Shown: one piece after another, positions 37,561 through 46,779 of the stretch
Position numbering within the stretch: position 1 is the first letter of the stretch
Layout: each line of letters starts with the position of its first letter
Origin: Thermoplasmatota archaeon
Lineage (GTDB): Archaea > Thermoplasmatota > E2 > JACPAO01 > JAHFTW01
DNA length: 64,000 nucleotides
Assembly: GCA_049602735.1 (NCBI GenBank)
Contig: JBMYRW010000002.1
Span: 3,760 to 67,759, forward strand
Direction of reading: 5' to 3'
The notes under the pieces: generated by a model
What the model was told of the DNA's origin: nothing
Database searches by the model: none
What the model saw: the letters and a program-made list of their open reading frames with translations, nothing else
Made by a program: the position numbers and the translations under genes

Positions 37561-38745
37561 TCATGGCATGAAGGCTTCTCGAAGTTCCGTGGCCGTAGCG
37601 TCCATCGTGTCCGCGAGCGTGACATGGTCGCACTCCTGGAACACAAGAAAGTCCGGAAGGGCATCCGCAAGTGCTTCGGCCAGGTCGGCCAGATCGAGGT
37701 CTTCAACTTCGAGATGAAAGTGGAGGATCTCGAGACGGCGCTCCTTCCGGTGGCGCTTGCAGTCCATCCTTCCAACAAACCGCCCGGCGTACAGGAGGGG
37801 CAAGCAGAAGTAACCATAGCGGCGCTTGGCCCGTGGAACAAAGCATTCGAGGCGATAATCGAATCCGAAGAGTTCCAGCAACCGGTCGCGCTGGATGATG
37901 GCGTTGTCGAACGGCGACAGGATCTGAAGGCGGTCATCGACCGGCGGCGGTTCATCAAGATCCAACGTTGAAGAAGCCAGGAACTGCGACCCATCATCGT
38001 CCGTGACCAGTTCCAACTCGCCTGCATCAAGGCGCGACGCGACGTTCTCCTCAACGGCCGCCTTCAGGCCTGCCAATTTCCTTCCATAGGCAATGTGCTT
38101 CACCTGGAAAATGCCGTGGGCGCGCTCATGGCGAGCAACGAGGCGATCCGCGAACTCCTCCAACGTCGGGGCTTCCGAATCGACGCCAGCCGGCAAGACC
38201 CGTTCCGTGAGGTCGTACGTCTTCTGCCCTCCTTCGCGGCTTGCGACCATCAACGCGCCTTCCATGAACAATTGTTCGAGCGCCTGCTTGGCGGGCTTCC
38301 AATCCCACCAGCCACCACCCTTTCGTCCACCGGACTTGAAATCACTGGAGCGCAGGGGCCCCTCGGCACGGATCCGTCGCAGAACGCCGGCCATCATGTC
38401 CCGGTCCGGATCCTTGTACCAATGCACCTGCCCATCGCGAAGGGCGTGCTTGTACGGCAAGGAATAACGAAAATCCTCCATCGGCATGAGCGCGGCGGCG
38501 TGCGCCCAATGCTCGAACGCTTTGCCCTCCGCCAACAGCCGGTGCGTCATCGGCGAATCGAACCTGGGCACGCGTGAGAAGAGGACATGGTGGTGCGCTT
38601 GTTGCACCACGGAGATGGCATCGACCTGGACGTAGCCAAGATGCTGGAGGCAGCGCGTGGCCCCTTCGAAGCCGGACCCGAAACGGCTCGCCTGCTGCAA
38701 CCCTTGTGCTTGAAGGGCCAATCGGCCTAGATCTGCCTGCTTCAA
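37561..38745 (-). CDS. Winged-helix DNA glycosylase of the YcaQ/AlkZ family (HTH_42; interstrand-crosslink repair glycosylase-like)
   Basis: Close motif-level match to E. coli YcaQ: HHVLFSRV..EHWAHAAALMP, GWWDWKPAK, FDYRLECFVPRAKRRYGYFCLPLLYAGRFVGRMDCKRHR. Confidence 0.8.
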   Translation of the reverse strand: MKQADLGRLALQAQGLQQASRFGSGFEGATRCLQHLGYVQVDAISVVQQAHHHVLFSRVPRFDSPMTHRLLAEGKAFEHWAHAAALMPMEDFRYSLPYKHALRDGQVHWYKDPDRDMMAGVLRRIRAEGPLRSSDFKSGGRKGGGWWDWKPAKQALEQLFMEGALMVASREGGQKTYDLTERVLPAGVDSEAPTLEEFADRLVARHERAHGIFQVKHIAYGRKLAGLKAAVEENVASRLDAGELELVTDDDGSQFLASSTLDLDEPPPVDDRLQILSPFDNAIIQRDRLLELFGFDYRLECFVPRAKRRYGYFCLPLLYAGRFVGRMDCKRHRKERRLEILHFHLEVEDLDLADLAEALADALPDFLVFQECDHVTLADTMDATATELREAFMP

Positions 38746-38861
38746 GCTCTTCGATGGAGGGATGTTGGCGTTGTTCTTGGGGGTGTCTAACGGCTCTCGA
38801 AGGAACCTGCGGCGAGCGTAGCGAGGCGTCGGGTTGAGCGATTCGTTAGGAGGCGCCGCGG

Positions 38862-39599
38862 CTACCGGGCTTTGCCTTGGGTTGCCGAAAGGTGCACGGC
38901 GAGCGACTTGAGGAAGGCGGTGATACTGATTTCGGGCTCCTCGTCGATCCAGTCACCGCTGTCGGTTGCGGTGGCCGGCGACATGAGTAGCGCGGTGCCG
39001 TCGTAGAGGAGCTGAACCCGGAGCTTCTGGCAAAACAACACGTACCGCTTGGCGTACGATGCTTGGCCGAACTCGGGCAATGGGTCGAAGTGCGGCGAGA
39101 AAACCTTGACCGGCGCGCGCGATTTGGGAGCGTCTTCCAGGAGCATGAGCCACCCGAGCCACGGAGAGCTTGCCCCGAATGCGCCGTGGTCAATGGCTGC
39201 GCGCGTGTCGGCCGCCGTGCCCATGGCTTCCTCCGTGCGGTTGTTGAAGTTGTTCCCGAAGCTCGGGCCGACCTGGGACTTCAGCTCGATGGCGGCGAGG
39301 AGTTGGCCGTCGTGAAGGACCAAGAGATCCCATTGCTTGCTGGCCCGGTAGAATCCGGGCAACTCCAAACGGGATCCCGTGTGAACGGATTCCTCGGGGA
39401 GTCCGACGTGGTGGACGACTTCGCGGATGAGTTCGACGAAGCCGTCCATGTGCTTGCCCCCCGTGACTTGGGAGCGGGCACCGTAGTCTTGGACCGTGCC
39501 GGCTTCCACTTGCTTGGTTGCCTGTCCTTGGCGGGTTCGCCAGTAGTGGCGGACGGCATCCCGGATGTGTGCTTCCAAGTCGGCCGGCAGTAGGTCCAC
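38862..39599 (-). CDS. Type II restriction endonuclease-like protein (XhoI/PaeR7I-like, from recollection)
   Basis: 245 aa directly downstream of, and co-oriented with, the methyltransferase. Contains 'LLAAIELKSQVGPSFGNNFNNRTEE', which I associate with the XhoI REase family. Family assignment is from memory only. Confidence 0.55.
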   Translation of the reverse strand: MDLLPADLEAHIRDAVRHYWRTRQGQATKQVEAGTVQDYGARSQVTGGKHMDGFVELIREVVHHVGLPEESVHTGSRLELPGFYRASKQWDLLVLHDGQLLAAIELKSQVGPSFGNNFNNRTEEAMGTAADTRAAIDHGAFGASSPWLGWLMLLEDAPKSRAPVKVFSPHFDPLPEFGQASYAKRYVLFCQKLRVQLLYDGTALLMSPATATDSGDWIDEEPEISITAFLKSLAVHLSATQGKAR

Positions 39600-39606
39600 G
39601 TCTTAG

Positions 39607-41046
39607 CTAGGCCGGCACAGAGACTAAAGTCCGTTGTTTCGAGAACGCGGCCGGGACCGGAAGCCGGGCCAAGGTCTTGGATTGGAGGCGAAGGTGGCCC
39701 CCTGCCGCGCTCATGCAATGGCCTTCCAGCCAGGCTCGGGCCTTCTCCGAATTGAGATACTCGGCGAGCACCTCCAGTTGGTCCATGTCTTTGGGGATGA
39801 TGTAGTACACCGAATGCTTGGGCATGGAGCCCGTGCGGTCGATGTGGAAAACCGGAGTCCTCTGGATGTCCTGGACCACGATTTTGGGTCCTTCGAACTC
39901 CTTTGGGCGCGGTCGTTCGTGGTACTCATACCAGGCGCGGCTCCCCTTCGCGTGGCACGATCGCTTGACAAGCCGCTCGCGGTGGTGCGCCATGGCCAGG
40001 TACTCTGCCGCTGCGCCGAGAGAGGCCTCTGGCACAAGCCGTCCTGCGCCGTCGTAGGGGAACACCATCTGCGATCGGGGCTCGATGGCTTCGCCTTCAA
40101 CCGCCGGCAGATCACGACCGGACAACGCAGGCCGTACGTACTCCGCCGGAATCATGCGGGCTTCGTCTGGAGCCAGTTCGAAGACCGCGTCGGCTCCTGT
40201 GGCGACGCCTACACCGATCCGAGAGCAAACGTCGGCCAATGTCAGGACTCCTTCGTCAACGTCTGACTCCCCGAACAGGCAAAACCAGGGGGACTCGCAG
40301 AGGGATGCTTGCTCGACTGAACGGGACTCCCCCTTCCGCTCATCGTGGACCTGAACACGGTGCTTTGGACCGGGACGTTGGTTGAGTAGATGCGTGATCG
40401 CCGGGTACGTGACAAGGTCGGGGAATGCGTCTTCGGCCAGAATCACGACTCCGCGCAGCTCCCGTGTCGCAAGGAGCTTGCGTAGGCCACTTCCACTCCA
40501 GACCTGGGCGTACTTCTGGGGCGTGATGAAGCAGAGTTGACCCTCAGAAGCCAAGAGCCGCAATCCTTGTTCGAAGAACAGGAAGTAGAGGTCGTACCGG
40601 TTTACGGCGCTCTGGAATTGCCGGCGGTAGCGCCGGCGGTCAAGTTCAGCGAGCCCCTCCAAACGCACGTAGGGCGGGTTGCCGATGACCAAGTCGAAGC
40701 CGGCCTCCTCGAAGCGCGTGAAGTCGCACTCCACTACCAAACTGGCCAGGTCGGCATCGGTTGGCTGGAATCCATGCTCTGCCAGCACGTGCTGGGCCTG
40801 CTCGCGGCAGACTGACAACGGTTTGGGGTCCAACTCGACGCCGCGCACGCGCTCAACGACCCAACTCAAGGGGTGTCCGTGCGTCGCTGCGTAGCTGGCG
40901 TACTCTTCCAGGATTGGCAGGAAGAATGCACCTTCCCCGCAACCGGGGTCCAAGACGTACGCTCCACGTTCAGCCAGCTTTGGTAGGCTAGCCATCGCGA
41001 GCATCCGCTGGACAATCCCTGGTGGCGTCGGGTGCTGACCGATCAT
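39607..41046 (-). CDS. N6-adenine DNA methyltransferase (gamma-class, Eco57I/TaqI-like N6_Mtase)
   Basis: AdoMet motif I 'VLDPGCGEGAF' and catalytic motif IV 'VIGNPPYV' in gamma-class order. 479 aa. Confidence 0.85.
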   Translation of the reverse strand: MIGQHPTPPGIVQRMLAMASLPKLAERGAYVLDPGCGEGAFFLPILEEYASYAATHGHPLSWVVERVRGVELDPKPLSVCREQAQHVLAEHGFQPTDADLASLVVECDFTRFEEAGFDLVIGNPPYVRLEGLAELDRRRYRRQFQSAVNRYDLYFLFFEQGLRLLASEGQLCFITPQKYAQVWSGSGLRKLLATRELRGVVILAEDAFPDLVTYPAITHLLNQRPGPKHRVQVHDERKGESRSVEQASLCESPWFCLFGESDVDEGVLTLADVCSRIGVGVATGADAVFELAPDEARMIPAEYVRPALSGRDLPAVEGEAIEPRSQMVFPYDGAGRLVPEASLGAAAEYLAMAHHRERLVKRSCHAKGSRAWYEYHERPRPKEFEGPKIVVQDIQRTPVFHIDRTGSMPKHSVYYIIPKDMDQLEVLAEYLNSEKARAWLEGHCMSAAGGHLRLQSKTLARLPVPAAFSKQRTLVSVPA

Positions 41047-41580
41047 GGCATCCCAACTCTCGAAGCTAATAGAGTATTATAAGTGTCGAGGCGGGCGCGG
41101 CGAAACCACGCTGGGGGGTTGGAAGTGGCTTCGGCGACCTCGTCGAAGCCCCCTGGCTTGTGGCCCCAGGTCGGCTCCGCATGACCTCGTGACGAGGAGC
41201 TAGTTCACCCGTTGCACTGATTGTCATCGGGGCGGGTCTGGGGGCGTCCTACTGTGCCGGCGAGGAGTAATCGGACGTTAGCACGGAAGATTGAGTTTCC
41301 CTTGCCGCCGGGATGCAGTGGGTGGATTGCATTCCTGGGTTTGGTATTGGTTGGAAGTGGCGTCTGGCTGGCAGCGCGTCGGGAGGGGTAGGATCAGGCG
41401 CCACGAAACTAGTTGTTCAACAGTTCCGCTGAACAGGGGTCTACGAATTCCTCATTGCGTCGCGATGGGCCGGCGCGGCCCGTTTCTAGAGGCGACCAAT
41501 GTGGAACGAATGAAAATCCCGATGTTCAACGAGTTATTCCGCTGGCCGCATAACAGGAAGCCACGATTCCCACACGTGCC

Positions 41581-42873
41581 CTAAACGATTGCAGCCATCC
41601 GATGCAAATGCCGTCTCGCCATCACCGGCACTTCATACCACCCAACGGAAACCCCCCGCTCCTCCACTTCGACCAAGGCCTCAGAAGTCGAAGCCCCACA
41701 CGTCGGACACCGCCACCCGGCGTCGGCCCCGGCACTCTTCATCCGATCCCCACACGCACAGGTCGGGTTGGCCACTTTCACCTTGGACTCCGCCAGGGAA
41801 ACGACACGCAGTTTCTCCAGATGCACGGTGGCATCCCGCAACGCCCCGACCACTTCGACGGCATCGCCAGGCCGCAATGCGCGCACCACGTCGCGGAATT
41901 TCTTGGTGGGCTCGAACGCCGCCGCCTGGAACGCCCTACCAACAGGATCCTCCAGATCGACCAGGACATGCCCGCCACTCCGGGTCCTCGGCATCCCGGC
42001 CACGGTTGCCGCGAGGTGGACGGTCCCCAGTTCTGGCGCTTCGGCGAGTGCTTCCACGGGGGTGACGTGGTCGCCGCTGGCCTGGTTGGTGGCCCAGAGG
42101 AGCCAGCCGTCGATGGGTTCCCGGGCGGCGGCGCCGAGGGCGCGTACGCCCCAGTCCCGCAGCTTCTCCGGGTCGCGGCCGCGTAGCCCCAGGAGGACGG
42201 GGCACGGCGTGGCGGGAACGCAGGCGAGGCGTCCCTCTTCGGGGTCGGTGGTGTGGAACGTGATGCCGGCGCGGTCCAGGCCCTGCAGGGGCCCCGGTTC
42301 GACGGCGCGGGGTTTGCCCCATTGGGGCGGTTGACGGTAGGCGATCAGTTCGTAGCTGCTCGGGGGGCCCGGCCAGGCGGCCGCTGCGGCGCAACCGACA
42401 AGCGCCCGGTCGTCGCCCCGCGTTTGGAGGAGGGCGCCGCTGGCTTCCAGGTCGGCGCGGGCCTGCGGGGGGTCGACGACGGTGCGCACGGCGGCCCAGT
42501 AGGCCCACGGGAGGGGCAGCGGGCGGGGCAGCAGCGCGACGGCGGGGTTGGCGTCCCCTTGGGCGACGTTGTCGAGGGCGTTCCAGACGGCCTCCAACCG
42601 TTCCGGCGTCGGTTCGGCGGGGCGCCCTTCTGGGAAGGCGAGAATCTCGCGGCCTTGCAGTTCGCCGATGCGGGTCTGGGCCCCTTCCGGGTGGCCCAGC
42701 GGCACGGCGACGGCGGCGTTGCCGCGGGTCTTCCACGGGACGTTGGGGTTCAGACGCACCAGGCGCGGCAGGGCCAGCGGCGCCAGGTCGGGCAGGGCGA
42801 GGAGCGCGTGGAAGAGGGCGTGGGTGGTGCAGCCGCCGCCTGGGCCGTCCGTGTCGTCGAAGGCGAGGAGCAC
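41581..42873 (-). CDS. tiaS: tRNA(Ile2) 2-agmatinylcytidine synthetase TiaS
   Basis: N-terminal 'LLAFDDTDGPGGGCTTHA' matches the TiaS TCKD signature (DDTDS..GMCTTY). C-terminal Zn-ribbon CxxC...CxxC. Archaea-specific enzyme. Confidence 0.85.
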   Translation of the reverse strand: MLLAFDDTDGPGGGCTTHALFHALLALPDLAPLALPRLVRLNPNVPWKTRGNAAVAVPLGHPEGAQTRIGELQGREILAFPEGRPAEPTPERLEAVWNALDNVAQGDANPAVALLPRPLPLPWAYWAAVRTVVDPPQARADLEASGALLQTRGDDRALVGCAAAAAWPGPPSSYELIAYRQPPQWGKPRAVEPGPLQGLDRAGITFHTTDPEEGRLACVPATPCPVLLGLRGRDPEKLRDWGVRALGAAAREPIDGWLLWATNQASGDHVTPVEALAEAPELGTVHLAATVAGMPRTRSGGHVLVDLEDPVGRAFQAAAFEPTKKFRDVVRALRPGDAVEVVGALRDATVHLEKLRVVSLAESKVKVANPTCACGDRMKSAGADAGWRCPTCGASTSEALVEVEERGVSVGWYEVPVMARRHLHRMAAIV

Positions 42874-42967
42874 GGCGCCGCCGAGCCGCGCGGCCGCTAT
42901 GGTTTCTTCGCGAACAGGCCAAGGCCTGTGCGAATCGGTTCAATACTCCGGCGAGGCTCGCCCCGTG

Positions 42968-43918
42968 ATGGTCTCAGCGCTGCGCACGGTCGGCCTGCGG
43001 AAACGGTACAAGGACGTGGAGGCCCTCAAGGGCATCGACCTGGAGGTGAAGCGGGGCGAAGTGTTCGGCTTCCTGGGGCCCAACGGCGCCGGCAAGACGA
43101 CGTTCACCAAGTGCGTCACCGGCTTCGTGCGCCCCGACGCCGGCCAGATCGAGGTGCTGGGCGTCGATGCCCGCGCCGAGTCCGTCCGCGTCAACCGCTA
43201 CCTGGGCCTCGTGCCGGACCAGTACGACTTCTACCCGAACCTGACGGGACGCCAGCACCTGGACTTCTACGGCCGCCTCAACGGCATGAGCGCCGGCAAG
43301 CGCCGCAGCCGCATCGACGAGGTGCTGACCCTGGTGAAGATGCACGAACGCGCCGACAGCCGCACCAAGGAGTACAGCCACGGCATGAAGCAGCGCATCT
43401 GCATCGCCCAGGCGCTCCTGCACGAGCCGGCGATCGTCATCCTCGACGAGCCCACCAACGGCCTCGACCCGCAAGGCGCCTACGAGCTGCGGGAGATGAT
43501 CCGCGGCCTGGCCAAGGACGGCACGACGATTTTCCTCAACAGTCACCAACTGCACGAGGTGGAGCAGACGTGCGACCGCGTCGCCATCCTGCAACGGGGC
43601 CGCCTCCGGGCGCTCAACCGCATCGACGAACTCAAGCGCATGGCGTCCGCCGGCGCGGCAGGCACAGCGGCCGGCGTCCGCCTGAGGCTTCTCAACCCCA
43701 CCAAGGGGCGCTTCGACGTGGCGCGCAAGGTGCTCGGCGAGGCCCCGACGACGGACGGCAACCAGCTCCTCTTCAACGCCGACGACGAACAGACCGCCGC
43801 TGTGGTGGCCGCCCTCGCCGCCGCCGGTGGCAGGATCGCTGAGGTGCAGCGGCAGGAGGCCGGCCTGGAGTCGATCTTCTTGCAGCTCACCGGCCAGGAT
43901 GACGAGGTGCAGGCATGA
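42968..43918 (+). CDS. ABC transporter ATP-binding protein (ABC-2 type)
   Basis: Walker A GPNGAGKTT, Q-loop, signature 'YSHGMKQR', Walker B ILDEPTNGLD, H-loop. Internal ATG chosen; upstream ORF portion is junk. Confidence 0.88.
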   Translation: MVSALRTVGLRKRYKDVEALKGIDLEVKRGEVFGFLGPNGAGKTTFTKCVTGFVRPDAGQIEVLGVDARAESVRVNRYLGLVPDQYDFYPNLTGRQHLDFYGRLNGMSAGKRRSRIDEVLTLVKMHERADSRTKEYSHGMKQRICIAQALLHEPAIVILDEPTNGLDPQGAYELREMIRGLAKDGTTIFLNSHQLHEVEQTCDRVAILQRGRLRALNRIDELKRMASAGAAGTAAGVRLRLLNPTKGRFDVARKVLGEAPTTDGNQLLFNADDEQTAAVVAALAAAGGRIAEVQRQEAGLESIFLQLTGQDDEVQA

Positions 43919-44811
43919 GCGCCATCTGGGAGATCGCCCGCAACGAGGCGCTGCAGCACATCCGCACCAAGCGCCTAGTGGTCATCGGCGCCCTGACGCT
44001 CCTGAGCCTGATGCTCCTGACCATCGTCCTGCCATCGACGCTGTTTGGCCTCAACGACGTGGACGTGAGCGATGAATTCGGCGACCAGACCGACGTCTCC
44101 CTGCAGAACTTCGCGTTCCTGTTCTTCCTCAACGCCTCCATCGTGGGCGGCTACCTGCTCGTCCAACTGTTGGCCATGGTGCTCACGGCCGACGGCATCT
44201 CGTCCGAATGGCAACGCAAGACGCTGTTCCTGGTCCTCTCCAAGCCGGTCTCACGCACGGCGTTCGTGGTGGGCAAGTTCATCGGCGGCGTGGTGCCGCT
44301 CCTGATCCTGTACGTGGTCCTCTTCACCCTCGACTATCTCGTCATGATCGCCCTCTACAGCGGCACGCCGAGCCCCGAGCAGTTCGGCCGCTTCTTCGGC
44401 GCCGTCGGCATCCTTCTCCTGGGAGCCACGTCGTTCGCCGCCATGGCGCTGTTCTTCTCCACGCTGCTGCGCTCGTCGGCCGGCAGCATGGTCTGGACGC
44501 TCCTGGTGGGCATCCTGGTGTTCCCCATCGTGGGCGCCATCGGCGACTTCACCCTCGGCGGCGACGAGCGCGACGGCCCCGTGGAGGACCCGGACGCCTT
44601 CCGGTACGACTGGAGCCACTATGTCTCCCCGGGTCACGTGATGACCAAGGCGGGCGACGTGCTCCTGGGCGAGGACATTGGCCTCGGCCTGTCGCTCATC
44701 CCGACCAATCCACCGGCATCGACGCTCGGAGCGATCCTTGCGGGCTTCGTGCAGATCCTCGTGTTCCTTGGTGGCGCCTTGCTGGTGGTCAACCTGAGGA
44801 ACTTCGAGTAG
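43915..44811 (+). CDS. ABC-2 family transporter permease
   Basis: Six predicted TM helices. Start overlaps the ATPase stop (ATGA). Confidence 0.8.
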   Translation: MSAIWEIARNEALQHIRTKRLVVIGALTLLSLMLLTIVLPSTLFGLNDVDVSDEFGDQTDVSLQNFAFLFFLNASIVGGYLLVQLLAMVLTADGISSEWQRKTLFLVLSKPVSRTAFVVGKFIGGVVPLLILYVVLFTLDYLVMIALYSGTPSPEQFGRFFGAVGILLLGATSFAAMALFFSTLLRSSAGSMVWTLLVGILVFPIVGAIGDFTLGGDERDGPVEDPDAFRYDWSHYVSPGHVMTKAGDVLLGEDIGLGLSLIPTNPPASTLGAILAGFVQILVFLGGALLVVNLRNFE

Positions 44812-45766
44812 CCTCGACGAGTGCCAGCAGCGCTTCCAGGTCCGGCGCCTGGTTGAACGCCACGCGGAGCTTCTTCGCCCCCGGCGCGCCCTGCACGAAG
44901 CGGGTCGCTTGCCGCCTTAGGTCGCCCACGTGGGTGATGCCGATGGCGCGGGCCCGTTCCAGGTAGGTCGCCAGGGCGTCGAGGCGGACATCCATGTCGG
45001 GGCCGTCGCCGGCCGGTCGGCCGTCGAGGGCGGCGCGCAGCCGCTCGAAACAGGTGGGATCATGCATGGCGGCGCGGCCGATGAAGATCCCCGCGCAAGC
45101 GGTCTGGTCCCGCATGGCGACGGCGGTCTCGGGGCCGGTGACATCGCCGTTGCCGATCACGGGGACGTCGAGGTGCTCCACGAGCTTCCCGATGGCGTCC
45201 CAGTCCGCCTTGCCGCCGTAGCCTTGCACGACGGTGCGGCCGTGAAGCGTCACCCAGGCTGCTCCGGCGTCCTGCACGGCTTGCCCGACCTCCAGGTACG
45301 TGCGGTGGGCGTCGTCGTGGCCCAGGCGCATTTTGACCGAGACCGGCCCGGCGCCCACCTCTTCGGCGGCGTCCGCCGCGGCGCCCACGACCGTGCCGGC
45401 GAGGGCGGGGTCACGTGTGAGGAACGCCCCGGCGCACGCCTTGAGGATCTTGGGGCTGGGGCAGCCCAGGTTGAGGTCGATGAAGTCGGGTGGGGCGTCC
45501 ATGGCGGCCACTTGGCGCACCGCTTCCGCCATCTGGTCCGCGTCGCCGCCCATCAGCTGGACGCCGTAGGGGGCCTCCTCCGGCCAGGGTTGCACCATGC
45601 GCCAGCTGCCTTGGTTGCCGTGGACGAGTCCGGCCGCGCCCACCATCTCGCTGCACGTCACGTCGGCGCCCCAGTCGCGCGCGAGGGAGCGAAAGGCGGC
45701 GTCGGTGACGTCCACCATGGGGCTGAGGAACAGCGGCGTTTCGATGGCGTGGCCGGCGACGTCCAT
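44789..45766 (-). CDS. dus: tRNA-dihydrouridine synthase (Dus family, FMN TIM-barrel)
   Basis: LSPMVDVTD, catalytic 'DLNLGCP', VKMRLG, and 'HGRT' motifs. Confidence 0.88.
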   Translation of the reverse strand: MDVAGHAIETPLFLSPMVDVTDAAFRSLARDWGADVTCSEMVGAAGLVHGNQGSWRMVQPWPEEAPYGVQLMGGDADQMAEAVRQVAAMDAPPDFIDLNLGCPSPKILKACAGAFLTRDPALAGTVVGAAADAAEEVGAGPVSVKMRLGHDDAHRTYLEVGQAVQDAGAAWVTLHGRTVVQGYGGKADWDAIGKLVEHLDVPVIGNGDVTGPETAVAMRDQTACAGIFIGRAAMHDPTCFERLRAALDGRPAGDGPDMDVRLDALATYLERARAIGITHVGDLRRQATRFVQGAPGAKKLRVAFNQAPDLEALLALVEATRSSSG

Positions 45767-45773
45767 GCCGGCC

Positions 45774-46757
45774 CTACAGTTCGCGGATGTCGGTGCCGCG
45801 GCGCCGGCTGGCGTAGCCGCGGCGGGGTTCCACGTCGATCGTGTCGAGCTGGATGTCGTCGTCGGCGCCAGCGCTGGCGGCCACGGGTCGCACGTCGTCG
45901 GCGTCCCAGGAGATCTCCCCGGGGGCGAGGGGCGCTTCTTCTTGGCGCGCTACCGGCGGTTCGGGCTCGAACTCAGGCTCGGGCGCTTCGTCGAAGCTGG
46001 GAAGCGCGATCGGCATCTCGACCTCTTCAAGCTCTTCGACGGGGCTGGGCGCGTCCTGGTTGGCTGCGGCTGCCTCCGGCCGTGCCTCTTCGACGACGTA
46101 GCAGCGTTCGAAGCCGCCGCGGCGCTTCAGTTTGGCCTGCTTGACCTGGCGCAGCGCGTCGCGGTCGTAGTCGCGGGCGCGGATGAACGCCTCCAGGGCC
46201 TCCAGCACGTCCGCCACCTCCTCCTTCTCGTCGCCCAGGCCGGCCGCCTCCAGCTCGCGGGCCTCTTCGGCCACCTTGCGCTTCAGGTACGCCGCGCGCT
46301 GTTCGCGGGGCACTTCACGGAAGGCCACGTTGTGGCCGGATTCCCGCACCAGGCGGGGGATCTGGTCGCGCACGAGGCGCCCGGAGAACGGCTTGATCGT
46401 GTCGTAGAAGGCGTCGAGGGCCGCCAGGACCGCTTGACCGTCGTCGGCGGCCACGGGCGTCGTGACGCAGGCCGCCAAGAGGGCCGGGAGGGGCTCGCCG
46501 GCGCCGTGCAGGCCCAGCACGGGCTTGTTGTCGGCGTGGGCGAGAGCGACGAGGGTCACGGTGGCCGCGTCCGTCTCTCCGTCGAGGACCGCCAGCACGG
46601 CGTCCACATCCTGCACGAGGGCCCGGGGCCCGCCGGAGCCGGCGTCGTCGGGGGAGGCGACCACGTGGCCGTCCTCGTCGAGGCGGCGTTGGAGGGAGGC
46701 GAGGAAGCTGCGCTGGGCGATGCTGCGTTGCGGTCCTGCGAGGAGGATGCGGGCCAC
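45774..46757 (-). CDS. Fusion protein: nucleoside 2-deoxyribosyltransferase-like N-domain plus MazG/HisE-like NTP pyrophosphohydrolase domain, with an acidic C-terminal tail
   Basis: N-domain '...ARILLAGPQRS...ADNKPVLGLHG' (NDT-like Rossmann). Middle 'LVRDQIPRLVRESGHNVAFREVPREQRAAYLKRKVAEEARELEAA..EEVADVLEALEAF' (MazG/PRA-PH-like). Probable GTG start; the R/P/S-rich 5' part of ORF 45774..46904 was rejected. Confidence 0.65.
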   Translation of the reverse strand: MARILLAGPQRSIAQRSFLASLQRRLDEDGHVVASPDDAGSGGPRALVQDVDAVLAVLDGETDAATVTLVALAHADNKPVLGLHGAGEPLPALLAACVTTPVAADDGQAVLAALDAFYDTIKPFSGRLVRDQIPRLVRESGHNVAFREVPREQRAAYLKRKVAEEARELEAAGLGDEKEEVADVLEALEAFIRARDYDRDALRQVKQAKLKRRGGFERCYVVEEARPEAAAANQDAPSPVEELEEVEMPIALPSFDEAPEPEFEPEPPVARQEEAPLAPGEISWDADDVRPVAASAGADDDIQLDTIDVEPRRGYASRRRGTDIREL

Positions 46758-46779
46758 GGCGGCGCGAGCCCCGGCCGCC

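Larger units (their letters stand above)
37480..41580. other. Lower-GC genomic island: AlkZ/YcaQ-like DNA glycosylase, restriction endonuclease-like gene, N6-adenine methyltransferase, and a ~530-bp non-coding tract
   Basis: GC visibly below the ~67% flanks. Contents are defence/repair-type. Bounded by the CaCA antiporter and tiaS housekeeping genes. Confidence 0.5.

Noticed and set aside
41047-41580. tRNA gene as island integration target next to the R-M cassette
   Set aside because: Scanned by eye for acceptor, D-arm and T-arm (GTTCRANYC) patterns and found none. No CCA-ended cloverleaf candidate.
41291-41584. 97-aa ORF inside the non-coding tract beside the R-M island
   Set aside because: R/W/H/P-rich, no signal or motif, and it lies in a region of intermediate GC with no coding periodicity. 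More likely spurious, though a degraded gene cannot be excluded.
42253-43842. 529-aa + ORF overlapping tiaS and the ABC ATPase gene
   Set aside because: R/G/P/A-rich alternate-frame ORF. The real genes are tiaS on the minus strand (TCKD signature) and the ABC ATPase from the internal ATG at 42968.
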